IMG/VR virus record: IMGVR_UViG_3300000439_000004
Span: 1 to 64,000 of that record
Reading direction: 5' to 3' (one strand)
Source: a virus
Taxonomy: Duplodnaviria > Caudoviricetes
Length of the DNA stretch: 64,000 nucleotides
Shown here: positions 41,172 to 50,324 of the stretch, one piece after another
How positions within the stretch are numbered: position 1 is the first letter of the stretch
How the letters are laid out: every line of letters starts with the position of its first letter
Position numbers and translations under genes: made by a program
Notes under the pieces: generated by a model
What the model saw: only the letters and a program-made list of their open reading frames with translations
Told to the model about the DNA's origin: nothing
Database searches by the model: none

Positions 41172-41855
41172 TTATTTCATCTTATTTCTTCCTTTATACC
41201 AACCTTGTGGTATTTCAGTTTCTTTCTTAATTTTCTTATTCTCAATACCATTTGTAATCCACATCGTTCCAAATTGTGAATTTAATGAACCTTTTTGATT
41301 AATTGAACTCTTTTCTCCAATTATCTTTTTTGTTTTATCATTATGTTTTTTTCCTTTAAAAGTTTTAGAACGATCAAAATTTGAATTTATTTGTCCATTT
41401 ATTATTTTTTTATTCCGTTCTTTTTTTTGGTCTTCAGTTAAATTATTATAATATTTTTTTACAATAATTGAACGAAAATCTTCACCATATTTTTCTCTTA
41501 AAATTAAATCACATTTTTTCCTACCTTTTTTTAATTGTTCTTTTGTTAAAAATCTATCACCTTGACCTCCAGTACCTCCTATTCCAAGATTCATACACAT
41601 TTTATCCTTCAATAATTCTTCATTAACTAATTCTCTTTCTTTTTTATATAATGATTCTCTATCTGAAAAATATTCAAGTATTTCACATTTAAAAATTTCT
41701 TTTCCATACTTGTTTATAGAATACCATAATCGTTTTCCAGAACCAATATAACCATCATTTAAATCATTTGTACTATGAATACCAATATAAAATTTTCCAT
41801 TAATAATATTAGTTGTTTTATAAATGTAATGATATTGTTTTTCTTTTCTTGACAT
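41172..41855 (-). CDS. GIY-YIG homing endonuclease (Seg-like)
   Basis: YIYKTTNIINGKFYIG..GYIGSG. Confidence 0.85.
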   Translation of the reverse strand: MSRKEKQYHYIYKTTNIINGKFYIGIHSTNDLNDGYIGSGKRLWYSINKYGKEIFKCEILEYFSDRESLYKKERELVNEELLKDKMCMNLGIGGTGGQGDRFLTKEQLKKGRKKCDLILREKYGEDFRSIIVKKYYNNLTEDQKKERNKKIINGQINSNFDRSKTFKGKKHNDKTKKIIGEKSSINQKGSLNSQFGTMWITNGIENKKIKKETEIPQGWYKGRNKMK

Positions 41856-41904
41856 AAATATAATTTATATATAAATATCAAAAAAAGGTACAAAAGTTCA
41901 AATG

Positions 41905-41980
41905 AGCATCGTGTCGGGCTCGAACCGACTAATTCCACCGACTTGGAAGGACGGGATGCAACCAGTTACACCTACGATGC
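41905..41980 (-). tRNA. tRNA-Gly(TCC)
   Basis: Cloverleaf; loop CT TCC AA; U73. Confidence 0.8.
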
Positions 41981-41982
41981 GT

Positions 41983-42624
41983 TTATTTTTTATATCTATA
42001 TTTTCTACCATGTCCTTTATTCAATGCACCATATGTTGGTGTTAATGAATGATGATTAGGACATAATAACATTAAATTTTCTAAAGTATTATTTTCTGAA
42101 TTACCATCAATATGTTCTAATTGAATAGGGACTTTTCCTGTAACTGGATTAATTTCGTTCCATCCACATTTCATACATTTATCCCCATATTTTTTTATTA
42201 AAAATTTTTTATATGATTTTTCAGAAAATGTTATATCACCGTTTTCAATTTTTTCAAAAATTGAATTTTGTTTATGTTCACCTTGACATTTATTAGAACA
42301 ATAATTTTTTTTTATTTTAATTTCTTTATTACAATTTAAACAATTATTTTTTTGATATTCATTTTTAAATCTAATTTTATTATTATATGTTGCCGAACAA
42401 CTATGATTACAAAAAAGTTTTTTATTACTAATTTCTTTATTACAATTTAAACAATGATTAATTTCAGTTTTTATAAAATCAGTACTTTTATATCCTAATC
42501 TATATAGTTTAGTTCTTATTGAAGATGATTCTCTTCCCAATTCAAAACTAATTTCTTTGTAAGATTTACCTTTTTTTATTAATTCAATTAAATTATCAAT
42601 TTCATTTTGTTTCCATATATTCAT
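41983..42624 (-). CDS. HNH homing endonuclease
   Basis: LEHIDGNSENNTLENLMLLCPNHH. Confidence 0.85.
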   Translation of the reverse strand: MNIWKQNEIDNLIELIKKGKSYKEISFELGRESSSIRTKLYRLGYKSTDFIKTEINHCLNCNKEISNKKLFCNHSCSATYNNKIRFKNEYQKNNCLNCNKEIKIKKNYCSNKCQGEHKQNSIFEKIENGDITFSEKSYKKFLIKKYGDKCMKCGWNEINPVTGKVPIQLEHIDGNSENNTLENLMLLCPNHHSLTPTYGALNKGHGRKYRYKK

Positions 42625-42684
42625 ATATTATAAATATAATAAAATGAGCGATAAATGTAAATTGAAAAAAAAAATAATTTAAAG

Positions 42685-42756
42685 AGCGATAAAGAAGATT
42701 CGAACTTCCATATCCGAATTGGTAATCCGGAGTAATAACCATTATACTATTATCGC
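42685..42756 (-). tRNA. tRNA-Gly(ACC)
   Basis: GCG..CGC U73 Gly body; CCGGA TT ACC AA TTCGG. Confidence 0.75.
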
Positions 42757-42819
42757 ATAGGTACCATACTTACCATTGCAATGGTTGTTGAGGTAATGGT
42801 TACCTTTATCAACATTCTG

Positions 42820-42892
42820 TAGTTCCGACCAGAATCGAACTGGTGAGTTGACCTTGTAAGGGTCACATATTAAACCGCTATATGACGGAACT
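42820..42892 (-). tRNA. tRNA-Val(TAC)
   Basis: Cloverleaf; loop CT TAC AA. Confidence 0.85.
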
Positions 42893-42964
42893 AAAGAGGG
42901 TTCGCATTTTAAGAGTGCGATACCATCACCTTCTCTGAAGGTTATTCACTATACCTACAAACAG

Positions 42965-43053
42965 TGGATACAATGGGAGTCGAACCCACACACATCCGAA
43001 TTAGACCATTCTTGCTTCGCTCGGTACTTATACCCAAATTTAGTTATATACCC
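42965..43053 (-). ncRNA. tRNA-like RNA with 19-nt anticodon loop
   Basis: Acceptor GGGTATA/TGTATCC, CCGAG-CGAAGCAAGAATGGTCTAA-TTCGG, T-loop TTCGACT. Confidence 0.6.
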
Positions 43054-43144
43054 CCTTGGACTTACCTGAACCAATTTGTCATTACCTCATGTATTGCTCG
43101 AGATGCACGAGTTAGATTCATTCAAGGGGTATATAACGATGATG

Positions 43145-43218
43145 TTGATCCTACCGGTCTCGAACCGATCACCTAATGATTATGAGTCATTTGCTCTAAC
43201 CAACTGAGCTAAGGATCA
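43145..43218 (-). tRNA. tRNA(CAT), probably Ile2
   Basis: Cloverleaf with Ile-type D arm; loop CT CAT AA. Confidence 0.8.
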
Positions 43219-43294
43219 ATATAAAACAATTACCCACTCCTCACTACGGTCACCACTACAAGTCATGCTCAGGTTGTACCAGTAGGTAATTCTT

Positions 43295-43828
43295 TTATCT
43301 TTTTAATGTGATTGTTGTGAATAAATAATCATCATTAGTTTCAATCAAAATATCTTCTTCTTTCAAACTATAAGAACAACAATCAGAACTCCATAAACAG
43401 TCAATTAAACCTCGTTTAAATTCATTCATATCTTTTACATTTAAAGGTGACAGATGTGATTGAATTGTTGGGGGATAATATTTATCATCCAACATTTTTT
43501 GATATGTTCTAAGATTATTCCATTCTTCTTTTGTTGCTTCCTTTTTTTCTTCTTCTGTTCCTCTAAAGTTCCAAACTTTATTAAACCATATATCATTTAA
43601 TCTTTTAAGTTCGTTTGTTTCTTCTTCTGAAACTTGAATAGTGTTTCTGGTTGTAATATCATCACAACTTAATGTTGGTAATGTTCTGTAAACTATATAT
43701 TCACCAACATATTGACCAAGTTGATATTCCAAAGAAAGTTCTTCAATTTGTTTTTTTCTTCTTTGTCTACCAATTTCAATTTCTTCCGGCGAACGTTTCA
43801 TAATACGTTCTAAAACACTTGATTTCAT
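43295..43828 (-). CDS. Hypothetical protein inside tRNA operon
   Basis: ORF track. Confidence 0.65.
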   Translation of the reverse strand: MKSSVLERIMKRSPEEIEIGRQRRKKQIEELSLEYQLGQYVGEYIVYRTLPTLSCDDITTRNTIQVSEEETNELKRLNDIWFNKVWNFRGTEEEKKEATKEEWNNLRTYQKMLDDKYYPPTIQSHLSPLNVKDMNEFKRGLIDCLWSSDCCSYSLKEEDILIETNDDYLFTTITLKR

Positions 43829-43857
43829 AAATAAAAAATTTAATTTTTAAAAAATTG

Positions 43858-43942
43858 TGGGACGTGATGGGGTCGAACCATCCGAGTCATTAAGACAAAC
43901 GATTTACAGTCGTTTCTGCTACCACTTACAGGATAACGTCCC
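43858..43942 (-). tRNA. tRNA-Tyr(GTA)
   Basis: Cloverleaf with variable arm. Confidence 0.85.
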
Positions 43943-44046
43943 GAATTTAGGAAAACAGAAGATGGGCGAGTGGACATCTGTTTTTATAATTGGCATTACT
44001 TATTTCACCTCCGATAGTGATACTACCTTTCCCCAATTAACCTTTG

Positions 44047-44121
44047 TACTTATAGTCGGATTCGAACCGACACTACTATGTTCCTAAGACATATGACTCC
44101 TTCCAATTGGTCTATACAAGT
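44047..44121 (-). tRNA. tRNA-Leu(TAG), short variable loop
   Basis: Loop CT TAG GA; A73. Confidence 0.8.
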
Positions 44122-44131
44122 GTATTTATTG

Positions 44132-44215
44132 TGATCAAAGAAAGACTCGAACTTTCACGTCTTTACGGACACCGGGTTTTGAATCCAGCGCGTCTACCAA
44201 TTACGCCATTTGACC
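44132..44215 (-). tRNA. tRNA-Leu(CAA)
   Basis: Leu body; loop TT CAA AA. Confidence 0.88.
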
Positions 44216-44222
44216 ATAAATG

Positions 44223-44295
44223 CTCCCACAGAGGGTCACGATCCCCCGACCTCAATCTTAACAGGATTTTGCTCTACCAACTGAGCTATGTGGGA
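44223..44295 (-). tRNA. tRNA-Asn(GTT)
   Basis: Cloverleaf; G73. Confidence 0.85.
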
Positions 44296-44323
44296 ATTTT
44301 AAAAAGGTACAAAAGTTCAAATG

Positions 44324-44414
44324 TTGGGGTGACGAGACTCGAACTCGCATTTTCGGATATTAACCTACTTTCTAGTTCCCAAAACTAGTCGTCTTCCATT
44401 GACTTCACACCCCA
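44324..44414 (-). tRNA. tRNA-Pro(TGG), long variable region
   Basis: CTAGT TT TGG GA ACTAG. Confidence 0.75.
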
Positions 44415-44425
44415 ATATAAAAATG

Positions 44426-44497
44426 TAGTCCTGAGTGGGATCGAACCACTATGTATTGTTTAGAAAACAATTATTCTATCCATTGAATTACAAGACC
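44426..44497 (-). tRNA. tRNA-Arg(TCT)
   Basis: Cloverleaf; loop TT TCT AA. Confidence 0.85.
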
Positions 44498-44614
44498 ATT
44501 TAACATACATCAATATAATCAGGAATTGTATCCATAACAATTATAAATCATGTATGTTTTTTGTGCCCTAGGCGGGGGTCGAACCCGCACCCCCATTGCT
44601 GGGGACGGGATTTT

Positions 44615-45559
44615 CTTACCACTATAATTTTCATTACCATTTTATAATGTTTGTGGTCTGGACTTTCTCTTTACCATGTCAGTTATTCCATATAATTCAC
44701 ACCATTTATGTACAGCTTTATCTGAAACATTATAATGTTTACCAACTTGAACAAATGATCCATATATTTCAAATGATTTTAATAAATCAGGAACTTTAGG
44801 TATATTTGTTCTTGAGTGTTCTCTATAACACTCAGTTGAACAATATTTACTTTCATTCCGACTAAAAATAAAATCATTATTACAATGTAAACATTTTTTT
44901 GTTTTAACTGATTTAGGTATATCGTGTAAAGTCTCTGCACCTTCTCTATTTTTAATAGAGCTTGGCTCAGGATTAACAGTTAAGTCTTCCCTGAATTTAC
45001 GATATTCTACATCTCTCTTTTCAGAAAGTGCACTCAATTTATTTTTACTACGAAAATTTGATGTCATTGAATGACAGTTAGGGCAAAGTATTTCTAAGTT
45101 TTCAATACGATTATCCATATTATTACCATTTATATGATTAAGTTCTAATTTAATAGGTTGATTTAACCAAATTGTATTTTCACATCTTTCACATTTATAT
45201 TCTTTAATATTTTCTTTAATTAATCGTTTTCTTAATGAATTAGTATTTGAATATGTAGAATTTTCTACTAAAATTTCAGATAAAGATTGTTTTTTAGAAA
45301 ATGTCTTATATCTTGTACCAGTATTCCATCCTTTTCCTGTAAAATGATTAATATTAATATTATTTTTTTTTAACATAATATTAATAGTTTTATAATTACC
45401 ACCAACAGGTCTAATACTTAATTCTCTGCAAACTTGTGCAATACTTAATGATTTACTAACTGCAATTTCTAATTCTTCTTTTGTGTATTTATGTTTCATA
45501 TATAATAAATATATCGAACTAACACAAAAGTTAATTAAATTAATCGTGTATCACTTTTT
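44615..45559 (-). mobile_element. Group I intron (IC3-like) with HNH ORF
   Basis: P AAATTCAGGGAA, Q AATCCTGAG, R GTGCAGAGACT, S AAGAGAAAGTCC, terminal G; insertion after U34. Confidence 0.88.
44642..45499 (-). CDS. Intron-encoded HNH endonuclease
   Basis: LELNHINGNNMDNRIENLEILCPNCH. Confidence 0.85.
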   Translation of the reverse strand: MKHKYTKEELEIAVSKSLSIAQVCRELSIRPVGGNYKTINIMLKKNNININHFTGKGWNTGTRYKTFSKKQSLSEILVENSTYSNTNSLRKRLIKENIKEYKCERCENTIWLNQPIKLELNHINGNNMDNRIENLEILCPNCHSMTSNFRSKNKLSALSEKRDVEYRKFREDLTVNPEPSSIKNREGAETLHDIPKSVKTKKCLHCNNDFIFSRNESKYCSTECYREHSRTNIPKVPDLLKSFEIYGSFVQVGKHYNVSDKAVHKWCELYGITDMVKRKSRPQTL

Positions 45560-45657
45560 AAGTCCCGCGTGTCTACCTAGTTTCACCACCAGGGCAACTT
45601 ATTCCACAATGTCAAAGAAATTTAATTTTTATTTTTTCTTATGATATTTATATACAT

Positions 45658-46347
45658 ATGAAACATACATATACACCAGAAGAATATAATAACTCAACAC
45701 CAGAAACCGACATTCCACTTATTTGTGTTGGTTGTGATCATATATTCTATGTAAAAAAGAAAACCATAGAAAATAATAAATGGGGTCATAGAACATTTGA
45801 TTTTTGTAATTCCGAATGTCGCAGAGAACATAGAAAAAAAAATATTATGATAACCACCAATTGTACTAATTGTAATACTGTTATAACAAAACTATATTCA
45901 GCAAGTAAACGACATAAAAATACATTTTGTAGTCATTCATGTTCTACGATATATTTAAATTCACATAAAACATTTGGTTATAAACGTTCTAAATTGGAAA
46001 TTTGGATAGAAGAACAATTAACACAAATTTATCCAGAACTGTTAATTAACTATAATAAAAAAGATATTATTAATTCAGAATTAGATATTTATATACCATC
46101 TCTTTCACTAGCATTTGAATTAAACGGTATCTTTCATTATGAACCTGTTTTTAGTAATGAAAGATTAATATCAACACAAATTAACGATTCTTTAAAATTT
46201 AAAAAATGTATTGAAAATAACATATCATTATGTGTTATTGATACATCACAACAAAAATATGTTAAACCATCCACAAGTCAAAAATATTTAGATATTATAA
46301 CTAAAATAATTAATGAAAATTTAATATTAAAAAACAATATTAACTAA
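45658..46347 (+). CDS. Putative PD-(D/E)xK/Vsr-like homing endonuclease with Zn fingers
   Basis: RSKLE..ELDIYIPSLSLAFELNGIFHY. Confidence 0.7.
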   Translation: MKHTYTPEEYNNSTPETDIPLICVGCDHIFYVKKKTIENNKWGHRTFDFCNSECRREHRKKNIMITTNCTNCNTVITKLYSASKRHKNTFCSHSCSTIYLNSHKTFGYKRSKLEIWIEEQLTQIYPELLINYNKKDIINSELDIYIPSLSLAFELNGIFHYEPVFSNERLISTQINDSLKFKKCIENNISLCVIDTSQQKYVKPSTSQKYLDIITKIINENLILKNNIN

Positions 46348-46375
46348 TTATACAACAATGTAAAAGAACTAAAAC

Positions 46376-46415
46376 AAAAAACCCGAACTTATTTTTTTAT
46401 TAGTAAGTTCGGGTT
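46376..46415 (-). terminator. Attenuator terminator of left tRNA operon
   Basis: AACCCGAACTTA...TAAGTTCGGGTT-TTTT. Confidence 0.85.
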
Positions 46416-46439
46416 ATATTTTTTAGAAATTAATCTATT

Positions 46440-46541
46440 TTATATTTTATATTCCGAACATACTATACTTTGCACATTTCCTCTATTGCCGTTATATAAC
46501 GGGTTAGGGTTAAGTGTTAGTATGTTCGTCAATAATTTCAT
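46440..46541 (-). CDS. Leader peptide of left tRNA operon (33 aa)
   Basis: MKLLTNILTLNPNPLYNGNRGNVQSIVCSEYKI*, between promoter TATATTTG (46560-46567) and terminator. Confidence 0.8.
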   Translation of the reverse strand: MKLLTNILTLNPNPLYNGNRGNVQSIVCSEYKI

Positions 46542-46827
46542 CTTACTAATAATTATATGCAAATATACGAAAAGTTTTTCAAACTACAAAATATTTTTAT
46601 TTTTTTTTTATTATACTTTGTTTTCGTACTTTGATGAGGCAAATATAAGTGAAATATTTGGAATAATAAAATGTTTTTTAAAATATTTATTTATAAATGA
46701 AAATAATCAGAAAGATATTATGTTTTGTAGGTTTTCATCGTTATATTGATTGTGATGAATGTGATCTAAAAAACAAAGTATCAATTATGGTTAAATGTGA
46801 GATTTGTGGGAAAATTAGTGGTAATGG

Positions 46828-47415
46828 TTAAAGATCATAATTGTCTAATCTATCATTTGATTTTACTTGTAAAACATTTACTATCTTTTTCATATTATAC
46901 AAGACCATCATTTTTTCTCCAAACCCAAACGCATTACCAACAATTTCGTAATCAATATTATTATCAATTAAAAATTGACGTAGTTTAGAAGTATTAGTTC
47001 CTTTTATTGCTTTATGATTTAAAATAATATTATTGAATATTTCAGCATCTACCATTCCATTTTCTGTGTATCTTTCCAAACGTTCCATAACAATTTTTCT
47101 TAAACCTTTTATAACATAGGTGTTTATAAATTCATGAACATTTTTTTCTGGTATTGATGAATTGGTAATATCATTTCCCAATTCAACTGTTATGATATAA
47201 AGTTTTCTACTACCTTTTGAATATTTTTTTGCAATATTATATTTTGTAATAAGATATAAACCAGGTCCATATTCATATCGACCATTTTTTTGTGCAATTA
47301 TTTCATTATAATCATCAAGATTACCACCATGCCAAAAGTTTTTTGTGTTTGGTATATTTGGTAGTGTTATTGTATTTTCGTTTAATATTTCGTTTAATAT
47401 ATTATATATTTTCAT
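46828..47415 (-). CDS. ADP-ribosyltransferase-like protein with leader
   Basis: FWHGG...YGPGLYL; MKIYNILNEILNE. Confidence 0.5.
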   Translation of the reverse strand: MKIYNILNEILNENTITLPNIPNTKNFWHGGNLDDYNEIIAQKNGRYEYGPGLYLITKYNIAKKYSKGSRKLYIITVELGNDITNSSIPEKNVHEFINTYVIKGLRKIVMERLERYTENGMVDAEIFNNIILNHKAIKGTNTSKLRQFLIDNNIDYEIVGNAFGFGEKMMVLYNMKKIVNVLQVKSNDRLDNYDL

Positions 47416-47416
47416 G

Positions 47417-48139
47417 TTAGTCCCAATAATTTACATCTTGTTGAAAAAATTCTTTATTATCTTTATATAAGTATCCGTTAATTAATAATTTAATCATTCC
47501 AAAATAACCCATTTTTTTAAATCTTCTATCATCCTGACCAATATAATGTTTTGATATTCTAAATTTCTTTGGGTTATATTGTTTTGATAACCAGTAATCT
47601 TCTGAGTGATGTAATGTTTTATCAAAACCACCTAATTCATTGAATACACATGTTTTTGTTAAAAAAAACATTCCAACTGCAAATGGTGTGGTTAAAGATA
47701 ATAGATAATTTATTGGATTAAATAGACTGAACATAATACTTGTTCTTATATCTTTACCATACGATTTAACTTTACAGGTTAATAAATCTAATTTATAATG
47801 ATACATATCGAATAAAGAATCATTAATAATTTTTGGGTCATCCAAAACAGTATCAGCATCCAAAAATAATGTATATTTTGTATTAACCATTGATGCACCT
47901 TTATTTCTCGCAAAAGAAACAGATCCTCCATTAATTAATTCAATTCTTATGATGTCTTTAAATTTTGTTTGTAGATCACTTACAATCATTCTAGTTTTAT
48001 CTGTGGAAAATGCATCAGCAATAATAACTCTAGTTCCAATTATATTTTTTTGTCTAACAATAGAGTTGATTGTTCTTTCAATATAATTTTCCTCATTTTT
48101 ACAAGGAATGACGATTGTTAATTTATATCTTATATTCAT
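47417..48139 (-). CDS. Glycosyltransferase family 2
   Basis: IVIPCKNEE, DAFSTD.T, FLDAD, GGFD..SED. Confidence 0.88.
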   Translation of the reverse strand: MNIRYKLTIVIPCKNEENYIERTINSIVRQKNIIGTRVIIADAFSTDKTRMIVSDLQTKFKDIIRIELINGGSVSFARNKGASMVNTKYTLFLDADTVLDDPKIINDSLFDMYHYKLDLLTCKVKSYGKDIRTSIMFSLFNPINYLLSLTTPFAVGMFFLTKTCVFNELGGFDKTLHHSEDYWLSKQYNPKKFRISKHYIGQDDRRFKKMGYFGMIKLLINGYLYKDNKEFFQQDVNYWD

Positions 48140-48815
48140 GTACTTCGTATTTTCCGTTTAAAAGTGTTATGTATGAGTTATTTTCAATCCAATCACCACA
48201 ATTCAAATATCTTACACCATCAACTATTCTATCTTCAGGTTTATGTATATGTCCACAAATAACTGTATCACATTTATGTTTTTTTGCTTGTCTTACCAAT
48301 TCCACTTCATATTGTGTAATATATTTAACAGCTTCTTTTACTTTTTGTTTTAAGAATTTTGATAAACTTCTTTTATAACCCATTTTTTTTAATCTCTTAT
48401 CAATGCTGATAGCCAAATCATAACCTACTGAACCAAGAACCCCCAACCATTTTAATTTAACAACCCCATCATAAAGATCACCATGAGTTATAAATGTATT
48501 TTCAAAAACATATTCATTATGAACTTCAATATTACCAAAAGAAAATTCACCATATTCTCTTAAAAAGTCATCGTGGTTACCGGGAATATAAATTACTTTG
48601 ATATTGTTTTTTGAATAGGATAGGATTTTTCTTAATACGTTTGTGTGGGATTGTGGCCATCTAAATCTTCTTTTTAATAACCAACCATCAATTATGTCAC
48701 CAACAAGAAATAATGTTTTGGGTTCATATTCTTTTAAAAGTTTTAAAACATGTTCAGCATTTGAACCTTTTGAACCCAGATGTACATCGGAGATAAATAA
48801 TGCGTCTACTTTCAT
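48123..48815 (-). CDS. LpxH-like metallophosphoesterase
   Basis: ISDVHLG, VGDIID, PGNHD, THGD, CGHIH, NCGDW. Confidence 0.85.
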   Translation of the reverse strand: MKVDALFISDVHLGSKGSNAEHVLKLLKEYEPKTLFLVGDIIDGWLLKRRFRWPQSHTNVLRKILSYSKNNIKVIYIPGNHDDFLREYGEFSFGNIEVHNEYVFENTFITHGDLYDGVVKLKWLGVLGSVGYDLAISIDKRLKKMGYKRSLSKFLKQKVKEAVKYITQYEVELVRQAKKHKCDTVICGHIHKPEDRIVDGVRYLNCGDWIENNSYITLLNGKYEVHEYKI

Positions 48816-48829
48816 TTTTATAAATATTT

Positions 48830-49282
48830 ATGAATATGATTAAAATTATAAATTTAATTAACGAAATTATTTCTGAAACAAAAATATTATATTTTGCATA
48901 TGGTTCCAATATGGATGTTGAAAGAATGAAAAAAAGATGTCCTGATGCAAAAAAATTATCTGATGGAACTTTACATGGTTGGGATGCATTTTTTGATGAG
49001 GATGGTGTTGCATCAATTAAAAAATCAACAAAAAATGATTATGTAAATGGTGTGGTTTGGGAAATTAAAAAATCAGATATAAAAATATTGGATAAAAAAG
49101 AAGGTGTTAAAGTTGGTGATTATAAAGAAAGTCATGTTAATGTTAAAACACCTGATGGAATAAAAAAATGTTTGGTTTATATTGCATTAGATAAAAAACC
49201 TGGTAAACCAAAAAAAGAATATGTTAAATTAGTTAAAAAGGGAGAAAAGGAAAATAAAATAAAAAACACATTTACAAAATAA
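48830..49282 (+). CDS. Gamma-glutamylcyclotransferase family protein
   Basis: YFAYGSNM..LDKKEG. Confidence 0.85.
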   Translation: MNMIKIINLINEIISETKILYFAYGSNMDVERMKKRCPDAKKLSDGTLHGWDAFFDEDGVASIKKSTKNDYVNGVVWEIKKSDIKILDKKEGVKVGDYKESHVNVKTPDGIKKCLVYIALDKKPGKPKKEYVKLVKKGEKENKIKNTFTK

Positions 49283-49305
49283 AATATTTTATTTAAAATT
49301 AAAAT

Positions 49306-49659
49306 ATGGGTTATGTGTATCTTTTAATGTCAACCGATTCTGATGGTTTTAGGGAATTATTTAAAATTGGAATAACAAAAACATCTGTTGAAAAACGGAT
49401 AAAATCTTTAACCACGGGTAATCCAAATAAAATAACATTGATAAATTCTTATAATTCAAAAAACTATAAGGAAATTGAGAAGTGGTTACATTCAAGATAT
49501 TCATTAAGTAAAACACAATCAGAAAATGAATGGTTTTTTTTAAGTGATGATGAAGTAATTAATTTTATTGATACATGTAAAAAAATTGAAGGTACAATAG
49601 AATTAATTAAATCTACCAGTACCTTCAATTCATACCCAGAACAGAAATTTCATCTGTAA
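49306..49659 (+). CDS. T5orf172/GIY-YIG domain protein
   Basis: GYVYLL..FKIGIT..KR..L.TGNP..EWF. Confidence 0.8.
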   Translation: MGYVYLLMSTDSDGFRELFKIGITKTSVEKRIKSLTTGNPNKITLINSYNSKNYKEIEKWLHSRYSLSKTQSENEWFFLSDDEVINFIDTCKKIEGTIELIKSTSTFNSYPEQKFHL

Positions 49660-49660
49660 C

Positions 49661-49961
49661 TAATTTTCTAAGCCCTACGTGCAGGATTTTCACTACCTCG
49701 TATTAGTGTTTGATCGGACGTACTCGGTATCTAACGATACTTCCTGAATATTTCCCCATATTGAGATGATATGAGTAGTCATTATTGTTTTTGCTATTTG
49801 AAAAACCTACTGGGCATCCCCAATTAAAAACGTCAACCGTTACTGGGAGAAAGGACGATTTTCCAGCTTTATTCCCAAGAGACTGGCGTTTAAGGATGTC
49901 CAGTCTAATACCCTATCCATTGTTTAAGTCTTGGATTAAAGACTATGGAGGATCTCACCTC
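49661..49961 (-). ncRNA. Unidentified structured ncRNA(s) at the end of the tRNA operon
   Basis: GC-richer non-coding stretch with a long imperfect hairpin at 49809-49904. Confidence 0.5.
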
Positions 49962-49963
49962 TT

Positions 49964-50039
49964 TGGAGCCAAAGACAGGGTTCGAACCTGCGACCTGATC
50001 ATTACAAATGACCGGCTCTACCAACTGAGCTACTTGGGC
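49964..50039 (-). tRNA. tRNA-Thr(TGT)
   Basis: Cloverleaf with encoded CCA. Confidence 0.9.
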
Positions 50040-50244
50040 GTTTGACACCTTTATTTATCCAACTTACAGGTGTCGTAGCTGTCCCTTTTCAGGTTAGGAA
50101 TAGACTTCATGGGTTACTATTTATTCCCGCTTTCAGTAGATAGTCAATCTAAATAGAACATTGTCCTATAATCAGTCCTATATGGTCATCACTCCATTTC
50201 TCATCGTATAAGGCATACTATCCGTTGTCATGTTTCGGATCGTG

Positions 50245-50316
50245 TAGCGGGGAGTGGGTTCGAACCACTGACCTAAAGGTTATGAGCCTTCCGAGCTACC
50301 GCTGCTCTACCCCGCA
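50245..50316 (-). tRNA. tRNA-fMet(CAT)
   Basis: 1:72 mismatch, GAGC/GCTC D stem. Confidence 0.85.
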
Positions 50317-50324
50317 ATCTCTAT

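Larger units (their letters stand above)
44564..45595 (-). tRNA. tRNA-Leu(TAA) split by group I intron (exons 45560-45595, 44564-44614)
   Basis: Exons join to CGGGA CT TAA AA TCCCG; acceptor GCCCTGG/CTAGGGC. Confidence 0.88.
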
